Assembly: GCA_041659465.1 (NCBI GenBank)
Contig: JBAZYD010000008.1
Span: forward strand, 7,484-71,483
Length of the DNA stretch: 64,000 nucleotides
Source: Candidatus Micrarchaeia archaeon
GTDB taxonomy: Archaea; Micrarchaeota; Micrarchaeia; Anstonellales; Anstonellaceae
Direction: 5' to 3'
Under the pieces are notes generated by a model that saw only the letters and a program-made list of their open reading frames with translations, did not search any database and was not told the origin of the DNA. The number at the start of each line of letters is the position of its first letter. The stretch's first letter is position 1. Shown piece after piece: positions 7,881 to 16,231 of this stretch. A program made the translations under genes and the position numbers.

Positions 7881-8996
7881 TCAGCCGGTCATTCCTTTCC
7901 TTGCCGTTTGCCGCCATTGGCCGTCCTTTCCCCTTTTCTTCTTCCTGTACTCGCCCGCCATTTGTTTGATGCCCGCAGCCAATTTAACCTTTGCGGAAAA
8001 GCCAAGCTCGCGGCGTGCGCGTTCGGTGGAATATGCCCTGTCAAGCGTGAGCTGCCGTATGTTCTCAGCGTCGAACGGCAGCGGGGCGGCAAGGCCAAGC
8101 GCAGAAAGCAGGCCGCCCACTGCCGAGGCTGATTGCACGAGGAGGAGGGAGGAATGGCGTGTGGGGGCAGGCACATTGAGCGCTTTTGCAGCCATTGCCA
8201 GGAGCTCTTCCTGCGTCGGCGCTTCCTCCCCGACTATGTTGTATTCCCGGCAGGAGACCATGTGCGCGCCAAGCGCTGCGAGCACTGCGCGCGCCGCGTC
8301 GTCCGCGTGCACAAGGGGTATCCTGTTCTGCCCGTCCCCGAATACCCTCATCCTGCCCTTTTCCAGGAACCTGAAAACATCGAAATATCCCTGCTCAAAG
8401 CCCGGGCCGTAAATCATGCCGAAGCGGAGCATCGCCGTGGGAATGCCGCGCCTGTGTGCGCGTGCCTCCCCTTCCGCGGCAAGCTTGCTTTTTCCGTAAG
8501 GGCTTTCTGTTTTTGGCCTGAATTCCTCATCCACTGTTTGCCCCCTGTATTCGCCGTAAATCGAGATGCTGCTTGCCAGCACCAGCTTGGAGAGCTTTTG
8601 CGGGCAGGAGGACACGAGGTTGCGCGTTGCCACTGCATTTGAGAGCTCAAGCTCGCGCCATGGGCGGCTGCCTACCAGGCCTGCAAGGTGGATTGCCCTG
8701 TCCACCCCGGCAAACGCAGTGTATGGCAGCGGGTCGGACGACAGGTCCCAGACAAAGCGCTCCACGCCGCGTGGAAGCTTCGCCATGCTTCCCGGGCGCA
8801 CGATTGCGCGCACTTTTTCCTTCCTTGCCAAAAGCGCCGCTAGCACGTGCCTGCCCAGCCTGCCGCTTGCGCCTGTGAGCAGTATCTTGCGATACGACGG
8901 CAGTTTTGCACGGCAAAACTGCGCCCATTCGAGCGAACGGCTCGAATCGGGAGCATCGCGAGAGATAGGCGCTGATGACGCCTGGATTTTCCCCAT
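7881..8996 (-). CDS. NAD-dependent epimerase/dehydratase (extended SDR)
   Basis: LLTGASGRLGRHV Rossmann motif and a YGKSK catalytic YxxxK. Confidence 0.8.
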   Translation of the reverse strand: MGKIQASSAPISRDAPDSSRSLEWAQFCRAKLPSYRKILLTGASGRLGRHVLAALLARKEKVRAIVRPGSMAKLPRGVERFVWDLSSDPLPYTAFAGVDRAIHLAGLVGSRPWRELELSNAVATRNLVSSCPQKLSKLVLASSISIYGEYRGQTVDEEFRPKTESPYGKSKLAAEGEARAHRRGIPTAMLRFGMIYGPGFEQGYFDVFRFLEKGRMRVFGDGQNRIPLVHADDAARAVLAALGAHMVSCREYNIVGEEAPTQEELLAMAAKALNVPAPTRHSSLLLVQSASAVGGLLSALGLAAPLPFDAENIRQLTLDRAYSTERARRELGFSAKVKLAAGIKQMAGEYRKKKRGKDGQWRQTARKGMTG

Positions 8997-9019
8997 GCCA
9001 TGAATAGGGAAAGCAGGCT

Positions 9020-9027
9020 ATTTATAA
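9020..9027. promoter_or_regulatory. shared central TATA box (atttataa) of a divergent pair
   Basis: It lies 24 nt from the minus-strand ATG at 8996 and 22 nt from the plus-strand ATG at 9049. It is the only A/T box in the 52-bp spacer. Confidence 0.6.
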
Positions 9028-9048
9028 CTTAGCTGAAAATGGGAGGCT

Positions 9049-9660
9049 ATGCTCATTGTCCTTGAAGGCATAGACGGCTCGGGCAAGGGCGGGCAAATCC
9101 GGCGCCTGCTTGCCTTTTTTTCGCAGAACAGGATAAAGTGCAGGCTGCACAAATACCCCACGCGAAGGGCAAAGGACGCATTTTTGCACCTTAAGGGAAA
9201 GAAGGATGTTGCGCCTGATGCGCTTGCGGACGTTTTTGCGGACGATATCGTTGCCGAGAGGAAAAAAATGGAGCGCGAAATCGCCGCTGGTTTTGTGGTG
9301 GTGTGCGACAGGTACCTCCATTCCACGCTCGCCTACCAGGGAGTGGCATTGGGGTTTGCCAAGCTACGGCGGAGGCTTTCAGGCATTGACGCGCTTGTGC
9401 CGGACATCGTCATTCTTCTTGATGTTCCCGCGCGGGTGTCGGGGGAAAGGAAGCGCGCGCAAAAGACGCCTGACAGGTTCGAGAAGGATGTTGCCTTCTT
9501 GGAGAAGGTGCGCGAGAATTACCTGCGCGAGGCGCGCGAAGGGTTCCTTGCCTACAAGTATGCCGTTGTGGACGCATCGCGCGCAAAGGGCGAGGTTTTC
9601 TCCGACGTGGTGCTGCACGTGGAGCCTTTGGTTGTAAAGAGAATGGGGAGAGGGACTTAA
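9049..9660 (+). CDS. tmk: thymidylate kinase
   Basis: MLIVLEGIDGSGKGGQ P-loop and DRYLHSTLAYQG. Confidence 0.85.
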   Translation: MLIVLEGIDGSGKGGQIRRLLAFFSQNRIKCRLHKYPTRRAKDAFLHLKGKKDVAPDALADVFADDIVAERKKMEREIAAGFVVVCDRYLHSTLAYQGVALGFAKLRRRLSGIDALVPDIVILLDVPARVSGERKRAQKTPDRFEKDVAFLEKVRENYLREAREGFLAYKYAVVDASRAKGEVFSDVVLHVEPLVVKRMGRGT

Positions 9661-9663
9661 GGC

Positions 9664-10023
9664 TTACACGCCTTTCTCGCACCGCAGGTCCGCGCGCAGT
9701 TCGCACCGCTCGGCGATTGTGCCGTCCTTTCCGAAGCCGAAGAATGTGAGGCGCAGCACGTAGGTGTCAGGGTAGGAACTGGCGCCGCCGAAGATGCGCA
9801 CTTTTTTCGAGATTCTCTCACCAGGTAGCGCTATGCCGATCCTGAGGCGCCCGTGCGAGAGGAGCTTGTCGGGCGCGAGTGAAATCGCCTCGGGTATCAT
9901 GAGGTCGGCCTCCACCCATAGAGGGGAGGGCGCATCGTTTTTCACGGAAACTTCCATCTCAACCTCGCTGCGCACGTATGAGGGCATGCGGATTGGCGAA
10001 AAATGGGTGTTCGGGTTGAGCAT
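9664..10023 (-). CDS. hypothetical protein
   Basis: 119-aa ORF with an ATG start that fits the shared-TATA geometry. No motif recognised. Confidence 0.45.
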   Translation of the reverse strand: MLNPNTHFSPIRMPSYVRSEVEMEVSVKNDAPSPLWVEADLMIPEAISLAPDKLLSHGRLRIGIALPGERISKKVRIFGGASSYPDTYVLRLTFFGFGKDGTIAERCELRADLRCEKGV

Positions 10024-10044
10024 GCCTTGTATTCGTTGGGGAGA

Positions 10045-10052
10045 TTTTTAAT
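10045..10052. promoter_or_regulatory. shared central TATA box (tttttaat) of a divergent pair
   Basis: It lies 22 nt from the ATG at 10023 (minus) and 23 nt from the ATG at 10075 (plus). Confidence 0.6.
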
Positions 10053-10074
10053 CTTTGGCGCGGCAAGGGGGCAT

Positions 10075-10548
10075 ATGGGAATGCCTGAGAGCGAGCTCAT
10101 ACGCGGCGAGTGCCTGGTGCGCGACCTGCAGTTCAATGAGGAGGCGAAGATGACGCGCAAGTCCCTCGTGCGCTGGCTCGCCCTGTCGCTCGGGCTCATT
10201 TCACCCAATGAAACGCGCGCGGGCTTATTGGAAGTGCTTGAGGCGCTCCTTTATTTCCATTTCCAGAAAAGGCATGGTGGTGCTGACCCTGACATCTACC
10301 AGCTGCTTGGGAAAGTGAAGGAAATCAGGAAGGAGGAGCCCAACCCCAAAGCGGTGCGCTACCACCTGCTCCAGCTCAAGAAGCTGGGGGTCATCGAGGC
10401 AAAAACGCGCAGGTACCGATTCGTGCTCCCGCCCATGCAGGAGGACGACAATCTTGCGTCCGCGCTTTCGTATGTCTACAAGCAGAGGATGGACTCTTCT
10501 TTTGAGAAAATAAGGAAGGCAATGTCGCTGCTTGAGAAGACCCTTTAG
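10075..10548 (+). CDS. winged-helix DNA-binding protein (putative regulator)
   Basis: The internal ATG at 10075 fits the promoter geometry. The C-terminal half (AVRYHLLQLKKLGVIEAKTRRYRFV) looks like a wHTH wing. Confidence 0.5.
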   Translation: MGMPESELIRGECLVRDLQFNEEAKMTRKSLVRWLALSLGLISPNETRAGLLEVLEALLYFHFQKRHGGADPDIYQLLGKVKEIRKEEPNPKAVRYHLLQLKKLGVIEAKTRRYRFVLPPMQEDDNLASALSYVYKQRMDSSFEKIRKAMSLLEKTL

Positions 10549-10558
10549 GATGCAAATA

Positions 10559-11053
10559 CTACAGGAGCGGCTTGCTGGAAAACTCGGTGCGCTCAACGCC
10601 ATTCCTCATTTTGCCGAGAATCTGGGCTATGTTGAAAACCCCGCCGTCAAGGAATTGCACGCTCCTTGCGCCCATTTCATGCAAATCTGAAAGCGCCATG
10701 TACTCGGCCAGGCCTGAGAGGACATATCCCTCATGGGTTCCGGGAGGGGGGTAATTCCTGCTGAAGGCTGTTTTCCCGTCATCTGAAAATCGGAAAGTGA
10801 ACCGCGCTATCCTTGTGTGGTTGTGCTTTAATTGAAGCTCATCCGTGAATTGGGTGTAAAACCGGGGGGAGTCTATCTCCTTTTTCAGCATCTTGCCGGG
10901 CTTGGCGCCGAACCCGTCCGAGATGCCTGCAAGATTGTCATTGCGCCGGAGGGAGAAGATATATACCGAGAGCCTGTCCTTGCCTTTGCCGGAATCGTGC
11001 CTGGTGCCGATTAGGGAAAAATTGGCGCGCCAGTCTTGGGCGTGTTTTTGCAT
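10559..11053 (-). CDS. hypothetical protein
   Basis: 164-aa ORF, last gene of a same-strand run after the HerA-like ATPase. No motif recognised. Confidence 0.45.
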   Translation of the reverse strand: MQKHAQDWRANFSLIGTRHDSGKGKDRLSVYIFSLRRNDNLAGISDGFGAKPGKMLKKEIDSPRFYTQFTDELQLKHNHTRIARFTFRFSDDGKTAFSRNYPPPGTHEGYVLSGLAEYMALSDLHEMGARSVQFLDGGVFNIAQILGKMRNGVERTEFSSKPLL

Positions 11054-11092
11054 GAGTTACTGTTATAAGAAATGTTTATAAATGATGTGTTG

Positions 11093-11917
11093 TCAGGCAG
11101 GCTTCCCGGGCTTGGGGAGCCTGATTGCGGATGCGATGGCCGCAAGCGCGCCCGGGGGCTTTTGCGCAAACTCGCCGTGGGTGTGCTCGCCCTGCGAATG
11201 GAGCGAGCCGCCTATCCGCTTCACCTCGCCCGAGGCAAGCAGCCTCTGCAGCCCCTCCTCCGCGCGCGCAGGCGGGACGGAATGCGTGCGGGAAAACAGG
11301 GCGGCGTCGAACACGCCCCTGTGCATGGAAAGCCAGTCCTGCACAAGCTCCAGAAGCGTGTCGTCCGACACCGATTCCAGCTTCCTTATGCGCGCGGAAA
11401 GGGCTGATATCTGGCGCTCAAGCTCCAGCGACGCAAGCACGCTTTCCTCCGAAGAGCGCAGGAGCGCGCGGTTCTTCGAGAGCAGCGAGCCCAGGTCGGC
11501 GTGCGCATCCGAGCATTTCTTGGCAAGCGATTCATAGGGCGTGCCAGCCACCTTCTCAGCGGCCGAAAGGGAGGGGAGGAGGAGCTTTGCAAGCTCAGAG
11601 GCATTGGCATGCATGGACGGGAACAGCGAAACCACGCGGAGAAGCGTGGCGCATGCGCGCATTTCCTCAAGCTCCGGAGAGAGAGCGGAGGGCGATGAGA
11701 TGGTCATGGAAAGCGACGTGCGCTGCAGCCTGATTTCAAGCCCTGATACTGGCAGGTTGTGCATCCCGCGCCTGCTTTTCCTGATTGTTACGGCTGATTT
11801 CGTGGTTGACACGCTGTCGAAGCCAAGGTTGGACAGCGCCGCAGTGCTGGGCGGGAATTTCCCAGTGAAGGAAACCGGGATTGACCGCTCGAGCTTGAAT
11901 TGGCTTGCAGCTTGCAT
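11093..11917 (-). CDS. hypothetical protein partnered with the HerA-like ATPase
   Basis: ATG at 11917, 5 nt after the ATPase stop and preceded by GGAGGT. About 274 aa with a beta-rich N-terminal part, a coiled-coil-like middle (LELERQISALSARIRKLE) and a possible wHTH C-terminus. The 70 upstream codons in the track ORF overlap the ATPase. Confidence 0.55.
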   Translation of the reverse strand: MQAASQFKLERSIPVSFTGKFPPSTAALSNLGFDSVSTTKSAVTIRKSRRGMHNLPVSGLEIRLQRTSLSMTISSPSALSPELEEMRACATLLRVVSLFPSMHANASELAKLLLPSLSAAEKVAGTPYESLAKKCSDAHADLGSLLSKNRALLRSSEESVLASLELERQISALSARIRKLESVSDDTLLELVQDWLSMHRGVFDAALFSRTHSVPPARAEEGLQRLLASGEVKRIGGSLHSQGEHTHGEFAQKPPGALAAIASAIRLPKPGKPA

Positions 11918-11921
11918 GGCA

Positions 11922-13472
11922 TTACCTCCGTTTTGGCGCTTTGGGCGCCTTGCCGGCGCCGGCCTCGCCCTGGAGAATGGCAATCGCCTCGCCTTCCTGC
12001 CTGCCTGACGGCGACAGGGCGGAAAGTAGCTCGCGCTCCGATGCGCCAAGATCGCGGAGCAGCGAGATTGCGGACGCCTGCCCGTACCCGAATTTCGAAA
12101 GAAGCGCCGCAAACTCCAGCGCCTCAAGCGAGAAGCTGCGCCGCTCGAATTCCGACAGCACGGCGCGCGCCTGCGCGTCGGTCAGCCCGAACGATATGAG
12201 CCTTGATGAAAGCTCCCCTTTCTCGAATTCCAGGTCCATCCCACCACCCCGTATATGCTGCGCTACCAGGAGCTCTTCCCCGTCCACCTTGCGCAGCATG
12301 AAGGTGCGCGGGCAGGCGGCAGGGGACGAGAACTCCAGGTGCACGATTGCCTGCCCCACCGAGAGCGAATGCGACTCCTCCTCGTAAAAGTCAGAATATG
12401 CCAGGGAGGAGCGGACATAGCTGCGCTCCTGGGCATGCGTGAGGCGGAACAGGAGCATGGTGCCCGCGTTTGAGAAGATGCTCCTGTGCACGTCGGTCGG
12501 GCTCTGGGACGCCACAATGAGGCCGAAGCCGTATTTCCTCCCCTCGCGCACGATGGAGACCACGTCCGAGCGCTCGTCCGCCGCTATCTTCCACGCCTCG
12601 TCCACCACCACGAACAGGCGCGGGCGGGAGAGGGAGGAATACTCCGAGGCGCGCATGCTTTCCTTCACGAATTGGAGGATGGAAAGGCCTGCAAGAGAGC
12701 GCAGCGCCTCGGTCGGCAGCGAGTGCAGGTCCACGCAGACCAGCCCGGAGAGGAGGGAGGAAAGCGGCAGGGTGGATTTCGTGAACGAGCCTCCTGATGA
12801 GCAAAGCAGGTTCCTTATGCGCCGCGCGGCTTCCGCCGCATCGGCGCTGCGCCTTGATTGGCGTTCCAGTATGCGCACCACGCTCTCCAGCGTGGGCGGC
12901 CTTTTCCCGCTGTGGAGCCTGCCGCGCGCCTTCCCGGCCCCGGCATATGCCTTCTCCATCGCATCCTCGGTCATCCGGCACTGAGCCGGTGACGATGAGA
13001 TGTCGGTCAGCATGCGCAGCGAATCCATCACCTGCTGCGTGCGCGTGCGGGAGGAGCTTCCCGCCAGCTCGAGCAGGTTGATGCCCTCCTCGCCGAAGGA
13101 AACCACGCGCCCGCCTGCGCTTCGCACCCAGTCCGCGTACTCGCCTGCCCAGTCAAGTATGAGCGCGGACGCGCCAAGCGTGAGCCCTGCGCGCGTGATG
13201 AAGGTCTTTACGAAGTAGGACTTGCCCGAGCCCGTGGTGCCGACCACGCAGAGGTGCGGATTGAGGAGCTTTTTGCTGTTCCAGAAAAACGGCACGCCCA
13301 GGTATTTCGTCCGCCCGATGTAGACGGATTCCGAGGGAGGGGACAGCAGCAAATCTGGCGAAGGCTCAGGCGGCCTGAAAAGGAAGTCGCGTGATGCCAT
13401 CTGCCCCGAAAGCACCTTCTGCGAAGAGAGCATGCCGCACATAAATGGGAAATGGCACCCATAGCGCCCCAC
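11922..13472 (-). CDS. HerA/FtsK-superfamily ATPase (DUF87-like)
   Basis: Walker A VVGTTGSGKS, Walker B LFVVVDEAWK and the signature REGRKYGFGLIVASQSP. The start is uncertain: GTG at 13472 or ATG at 13400. Confidence 0.8.
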   Translation of the reverse strand: MGRYGCHFPFMCGMLSSQKVLSGQMASRDFLFRPPEPSPDLLLSPPSESVYIGRTKYLGVPFFWNSKKLLNPHLCVVGTTGSGKSYFVKTFITRAGLTLGASALILDWAGEYADWVRSAGGRVVSFGEEGINLLELAGSSSRTRTQQVMDSLRMLTDISSSPAQCRMTEDAMEKAYAGAGKARGRLHSGKRPPTLESVVRILERQSRRSADAAEAARRIRNLLCSSGGSFTKSTLPLSSLLSGLVCVDLHSLPTEALRSLAGLSILQFVKESMRASEYSSLSRPRLFVVVDEAWKIAADERSDVVSIVREGRKYGFGLIVASQSPTDVHRSIFSNAGTMLLFRLTHAQERSYVRSSLAYSDFYEEESHSLSVGQAIVHLEFSSPAACPRTFMLRKVDGEELLVAQHIRGGGMDLEFEKGELSSRLISFGLTDAQARAVLSEFERRSFSLEALEFAALLSKFGYGQASAISLLRDLGASERELLSALSPSGRQEGEAIAILQGEAGAGKAPKAPKRR

Positions 13473-13512
13473 GCGCAGGTGGCGTGCCGCACATAAACGG
13501 GATTTTGTATTT

Positions 13513-14460
13513 CTAAAACCGCCCCACTATCTTTTCCCTAAGCGTGTTGAGTATGTCTATCTTGGACGCTTCGGACGCGATGGAGTTGGATGCCACTATC
13601 TCCTCTGCGCCCGCAAGCTGCAGCTTGGTGTAGGCGTCGCCCAGGAACAGCCCGTGCGTGCAGCCGCAGCACACGGACGCGGCGCCGCGCGCAAGCACTG
13701 CCTTGGTGGCGCGTATCATCGTGCCGCCCCCTGCAATCATGTCGTCGAGTATCACCACGTCCCTGTCTTTTACCTCAAAATCTGCCTCAAGGGATTCCAC
13801 ATTGCGCACTGCCTGGCGCTTGTGGTTCTTGTACTCGCCGCGCTTCTTCACCATGCTCTTGCCGTCGGCCTCGTTCACCATGTATGCCGCGCCCTGGTCA
13901 GGGCTTATGAAAAGCGCGTCTGGCTTCCGCGCCTTGAAGTATGCCACCAGCTCCTCGGAAAGCGAGAAGTTCCGAAGCTGCAGGTTGCCATGGCGGAACA
14001 CGCCGGCTTTTTTGAGGAAGTGGCAGTCGAAGGTGGCAACGGACGTGAAGCCCGCGGCGGAAAGCATCTGCAGCACAATTTCGGCCGAGAGCGCCTCCCC
14101 GTGCTTCCAAATCTTGTCCTGGCGCGCGTAGGGGAGATAGGGGATGATTGCCTCTGTGCGGTTGGCGATAGCGCCCACGGTCTTGCCCATTATGAAAAGC
14201 TGGAGAAGCGAGGAGTCCTGCTTTGGGTAGCAGCGATGCAGTATCTGCACGTTCTTGCCGCGGCTTTCCTCAAGCCTGTGCATGAAGATGTGCGACTCCT
14301 TGTCGGGGAAGTTCCTAAGCTCTATGTTTGAGGAGTAGATGTATGAGCAGTTCTGGCTCACCATGAGGTGGTATGGCTTGCCGTCAGGGGGGGAAATCTC
14401 GGATGGAGCCGGCTTGAATTCGGGCGTCTGTTGTGCGCCCTCAGTTGCTTGCGCGACCAT
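13513..14460 (-). CDS. prs: ribose-phosphate pyrophosphokinase
   Basis: IIPYLPYARQDK and the VVILDDMIAGGGTMIRA PRPP-binding loop. TATA tttaaaa (14483-14489) lies 26 nt upstream. Confidence 0.9.
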   Translation of the reverse strand: MVAQATEGAQQTPEFKPAPSEISPPDGKPYHLMVSQNCSYIYSSNIELRNFPDKESHIFMHRLEESRGKNVQILHRCYPKQDSSLLQLFIMGKTVGAIANRTEAIIPYLPYARQDKIWKHGEALSAEIVLQMLSAAGFTSVATFDCHFLKKAGVFRHGNLQLRNFSLSEELVAYFKARKPDALFISPDQGAAYMVNEADGKSMVKKRGEYKNHKRQAVRNVESLEADFEVKDRDVVILDDMIAGGGTMIRATKAVLARGAASVCCGCTHGLFLGDAYTKLQLAGAEEIVASNSIASEASKIDILNTLREKIVGRF

Positions 14461-14544
14461 GATGGAAATTGGGCGAAACGGGTTTAAAAGTCTTGGTGCC
14501 GCCGCCCACTTTTTCCCCTTTTTTTCGAGGCGCGCCTTGGGCGG

Positions 14545-14586
14545 GCGCCCTTGGCTTACTTTTTCCTGAGAAGTTCATCTGCCTCG
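14545..14586. repeat. 42-bp perfect direct repeat, copy A
   Basis: gcgcccttggcttactttttcctgagaagttcatctgcctcg is identical to 15525-15566. Confidence 0.9.
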
Positions 14587-14626
14587 ACTGCGCCCGTGCG
14601 CCGGCGGAGCTATCCAAGATAAGCTG

Positions 14627-15406
14627 CTACAGCTTCACTTGTGCCATATTCTTGCCTATGTATGACTGTGGAGAGTATTTTGTAAACTTCTTCCTACTCC
14701 CGCTTATTTTCCCATTCAGCCTGAAAAACTCGGACGCAAAAGGTTCGCCTTTTTTTGACCTTGCCATCCGCAGCATGACCCCCATGAATGGGTTGATGAC
14801 GTGCACTGTTTTCTTGCCTGAAGACGTGAATATGGCAATATTCGGATCGCCTGTTTCCTCTGCATTCGCGGCAAACCCCCCGGATTCGCATGCGTCCACT
14901 GCCGCTATTTTCTGCCCTTCCAATGAACGGAACCAGGCTACAAACTTCTCGGAGTTGATGCTTGATTTCCTGAAGAAAATGGCCGACTTTCCTTTTTTCC
15001 TGCCCATTTCGCCATGGCCAGAGTATAAAAATAGCGAAACTGCGTCTTTCCCTGCGTTCGAATTGAAAAAATTGTGGATGTTTTTCCAGCTGTCGTCTGA
15101 TGTGTGGAAGATTTGGACAGCAAATCCCTTTGCCTCGAGGTTTTTTGCAATCTTCTTTGGGGCAATCTTTTTGAAGTAGAATTTATGCCCGGAAGCGAAT
15201 ATGAAAAGCGAGAAAAGCGTTGTAAACGTGCCCAATGTAATCAATGAGAAGGCGGAAAGATGTGGATTGATGATTAAACTGATGATTTGCAGGGTAAGCA
15301 CGGCTAGGCACCCCCAACCAAGGCGGCGGGCCATTTTGGATTTGGTTGCGTCTATTACTATTGCAGCCTGCTTTTTGGCAGGTGCGTTGCCAGGTATATC
15401 CTCCAC
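14627..15406 (-). CDS. membrane-anchored clan CD (legumain/caspase-like) cysteine peptidase homolog
   Basis: Two N-terminal TM helices, then LFLYSGHG (catalytic His-Gly) and, about 40 aa later, IAAVDACESGGF (legumain-like Cys). GTG start at 15406 with TATA tttaaaaa (15428-15435) 22 nt upstream. Visibly AT-richer than its neighbours. Confidence 0.6.
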   Translation of the reverse strand: MEDIPGNAPAKKQAAIVIDATKSKMARRLGWGCLAVLTLQIISLIINPHLSAFSLITLGTFTTLFSLFIFASGHKFYFKKIAPKKIAKNLEAKGFAVQIFHTSDDSWKNIHNFFNSNAGKDAVSLFLYSGHGEMGRKKGKSAIFFRKSSINSEKFVAWFRSLEGQKIAAVDACESGGFAANAEETGDPNIAIFTSSGKKTVHVINPFMGVMLRMARSKKGEPFASEFFRLNGKISGSRKKFTKYSPQSYIGKNMAQVKL

Positions 15407-15524
15407 GAGCCAATCTGCCTTGAAGTGTTTAAAAATAATGTGGTTAAAAAGTAAAAAAGTTGTTCGTTAGCGGGCGCGATGGTTTGCATTAATCCGCGCG
15501 GTTGCCGGTGTTTTGCTCGCTTGC

Positions 15525-15566
15525 GCGCCCTTGGCTTACTTTTTCCTGAGAAGTTCATCTGCCTCG
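15525..15566. repeat. 42-bp perfect direct repeat, copy B
   Basis: Identical to 14545-14586. It covers the last 9 codons, the stop and 11 nt downstream of the 53-aa GatE-tail ORF. Confidence 0.9.
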
Positions 15567-15697
15567 GCCGCATCCACCCTCAGGCGGTATTTTGCCATCA
15601 GGCGCGCGAGGTCGAGCTTTTCGCCGGAAATGAGCGCCCCAAGCGCGCTGCCCGTGATTTTTTCGAGCGAGAGCCTGAGCGCTGCATCAGCCGGCAT
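15536..15697 (-). CDS. 53-aa paralog of the GatE C-terminal tail
   Basis: Hand translation: MPADAALRLSLEKITGSALGALISGEKLDLARLMAKYRLRVDAAEADELLRKK. 33 of 49 aligned residues are identical to the last residues of GatE. It is below the track's size cutoff. Confidence 0.5.
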   Translation of the reverse strand: MPADAALRLSLEKITGSALGALISGEKLDLARLMAKYRLRVDAAEADELLRKK

Positions 15698-15712
15698 TGG
15701 GGGCAAACCTGC

Positions 15713-16231
15713 TTAAAGCGGCTCAAACTCCCCGATTTTCCTGTTCTTTCTCACTGCGTTCCACAGGAAGCATCTTCCATTCATGGCAATATAGACGCCG
15801 GGTGGAAGCGCCTGGGCGAAGGCTAGGGCGCTTCCGAAATTGAACAGCCCGTCCGAGCTTCCGAATTTGTATGGCACCATCGCGCCGGTGAGCACGATGG
15901 TCTTGTTCTTTATTTCCCTGGCCAAAACCGCGGCGGTTTCAACCATCGTGTCAGTCCCGTGGGTAATGACGATGTTTTTTGCCGGGCTGCCCTTGCAATT
16001 GTCCGAAATTATTTTCCTGTCGGCATCGGTCATGTCCAGGCTGTCAATCATCATCAGGGTGCGTATTTCCACTTCGACTTTGCACCTGCCTGTTTTCAGT
16101 ATCTCCGGCAAGTGGGTGTCCTTGAAGAACAGCCGCCCGTTCAGCTCATTATACTCTTTGTCAAAAGTTCCGCCAGTAACGAATATTGCTATCTTGCTTT
16201 CATTCATCCAATCAACCCCATGGGAAGTCAT
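15713..16231 (-). CDS. asparaginase/glutaminase N-domain-only protein
   Basis: 172 aa with VTGGTFDKEY and ITHGTDTM, the two Thr motifs of the asparaginase fold. The ATG at 16231 overlaps the gatE stop as ATGA; an alternative ATG lies at 16207. Confidence 0.7.
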   Translation of the reverse strand: MTSHGVDWMNESKIAIFVTGGTFDKEYNELNGRLFFKDTHLPEILKTGRCKVEVEIRTLMMIDSLDMTDADRKIISDNCKGSPAKNIVITHGTDTMVETAAVLAREIKNKTIVLTGAMVPYKFGSSDGLFNFGSALAFAQALPPGVYIAMNGRCFLWNAVRKNRKIGEFEPL

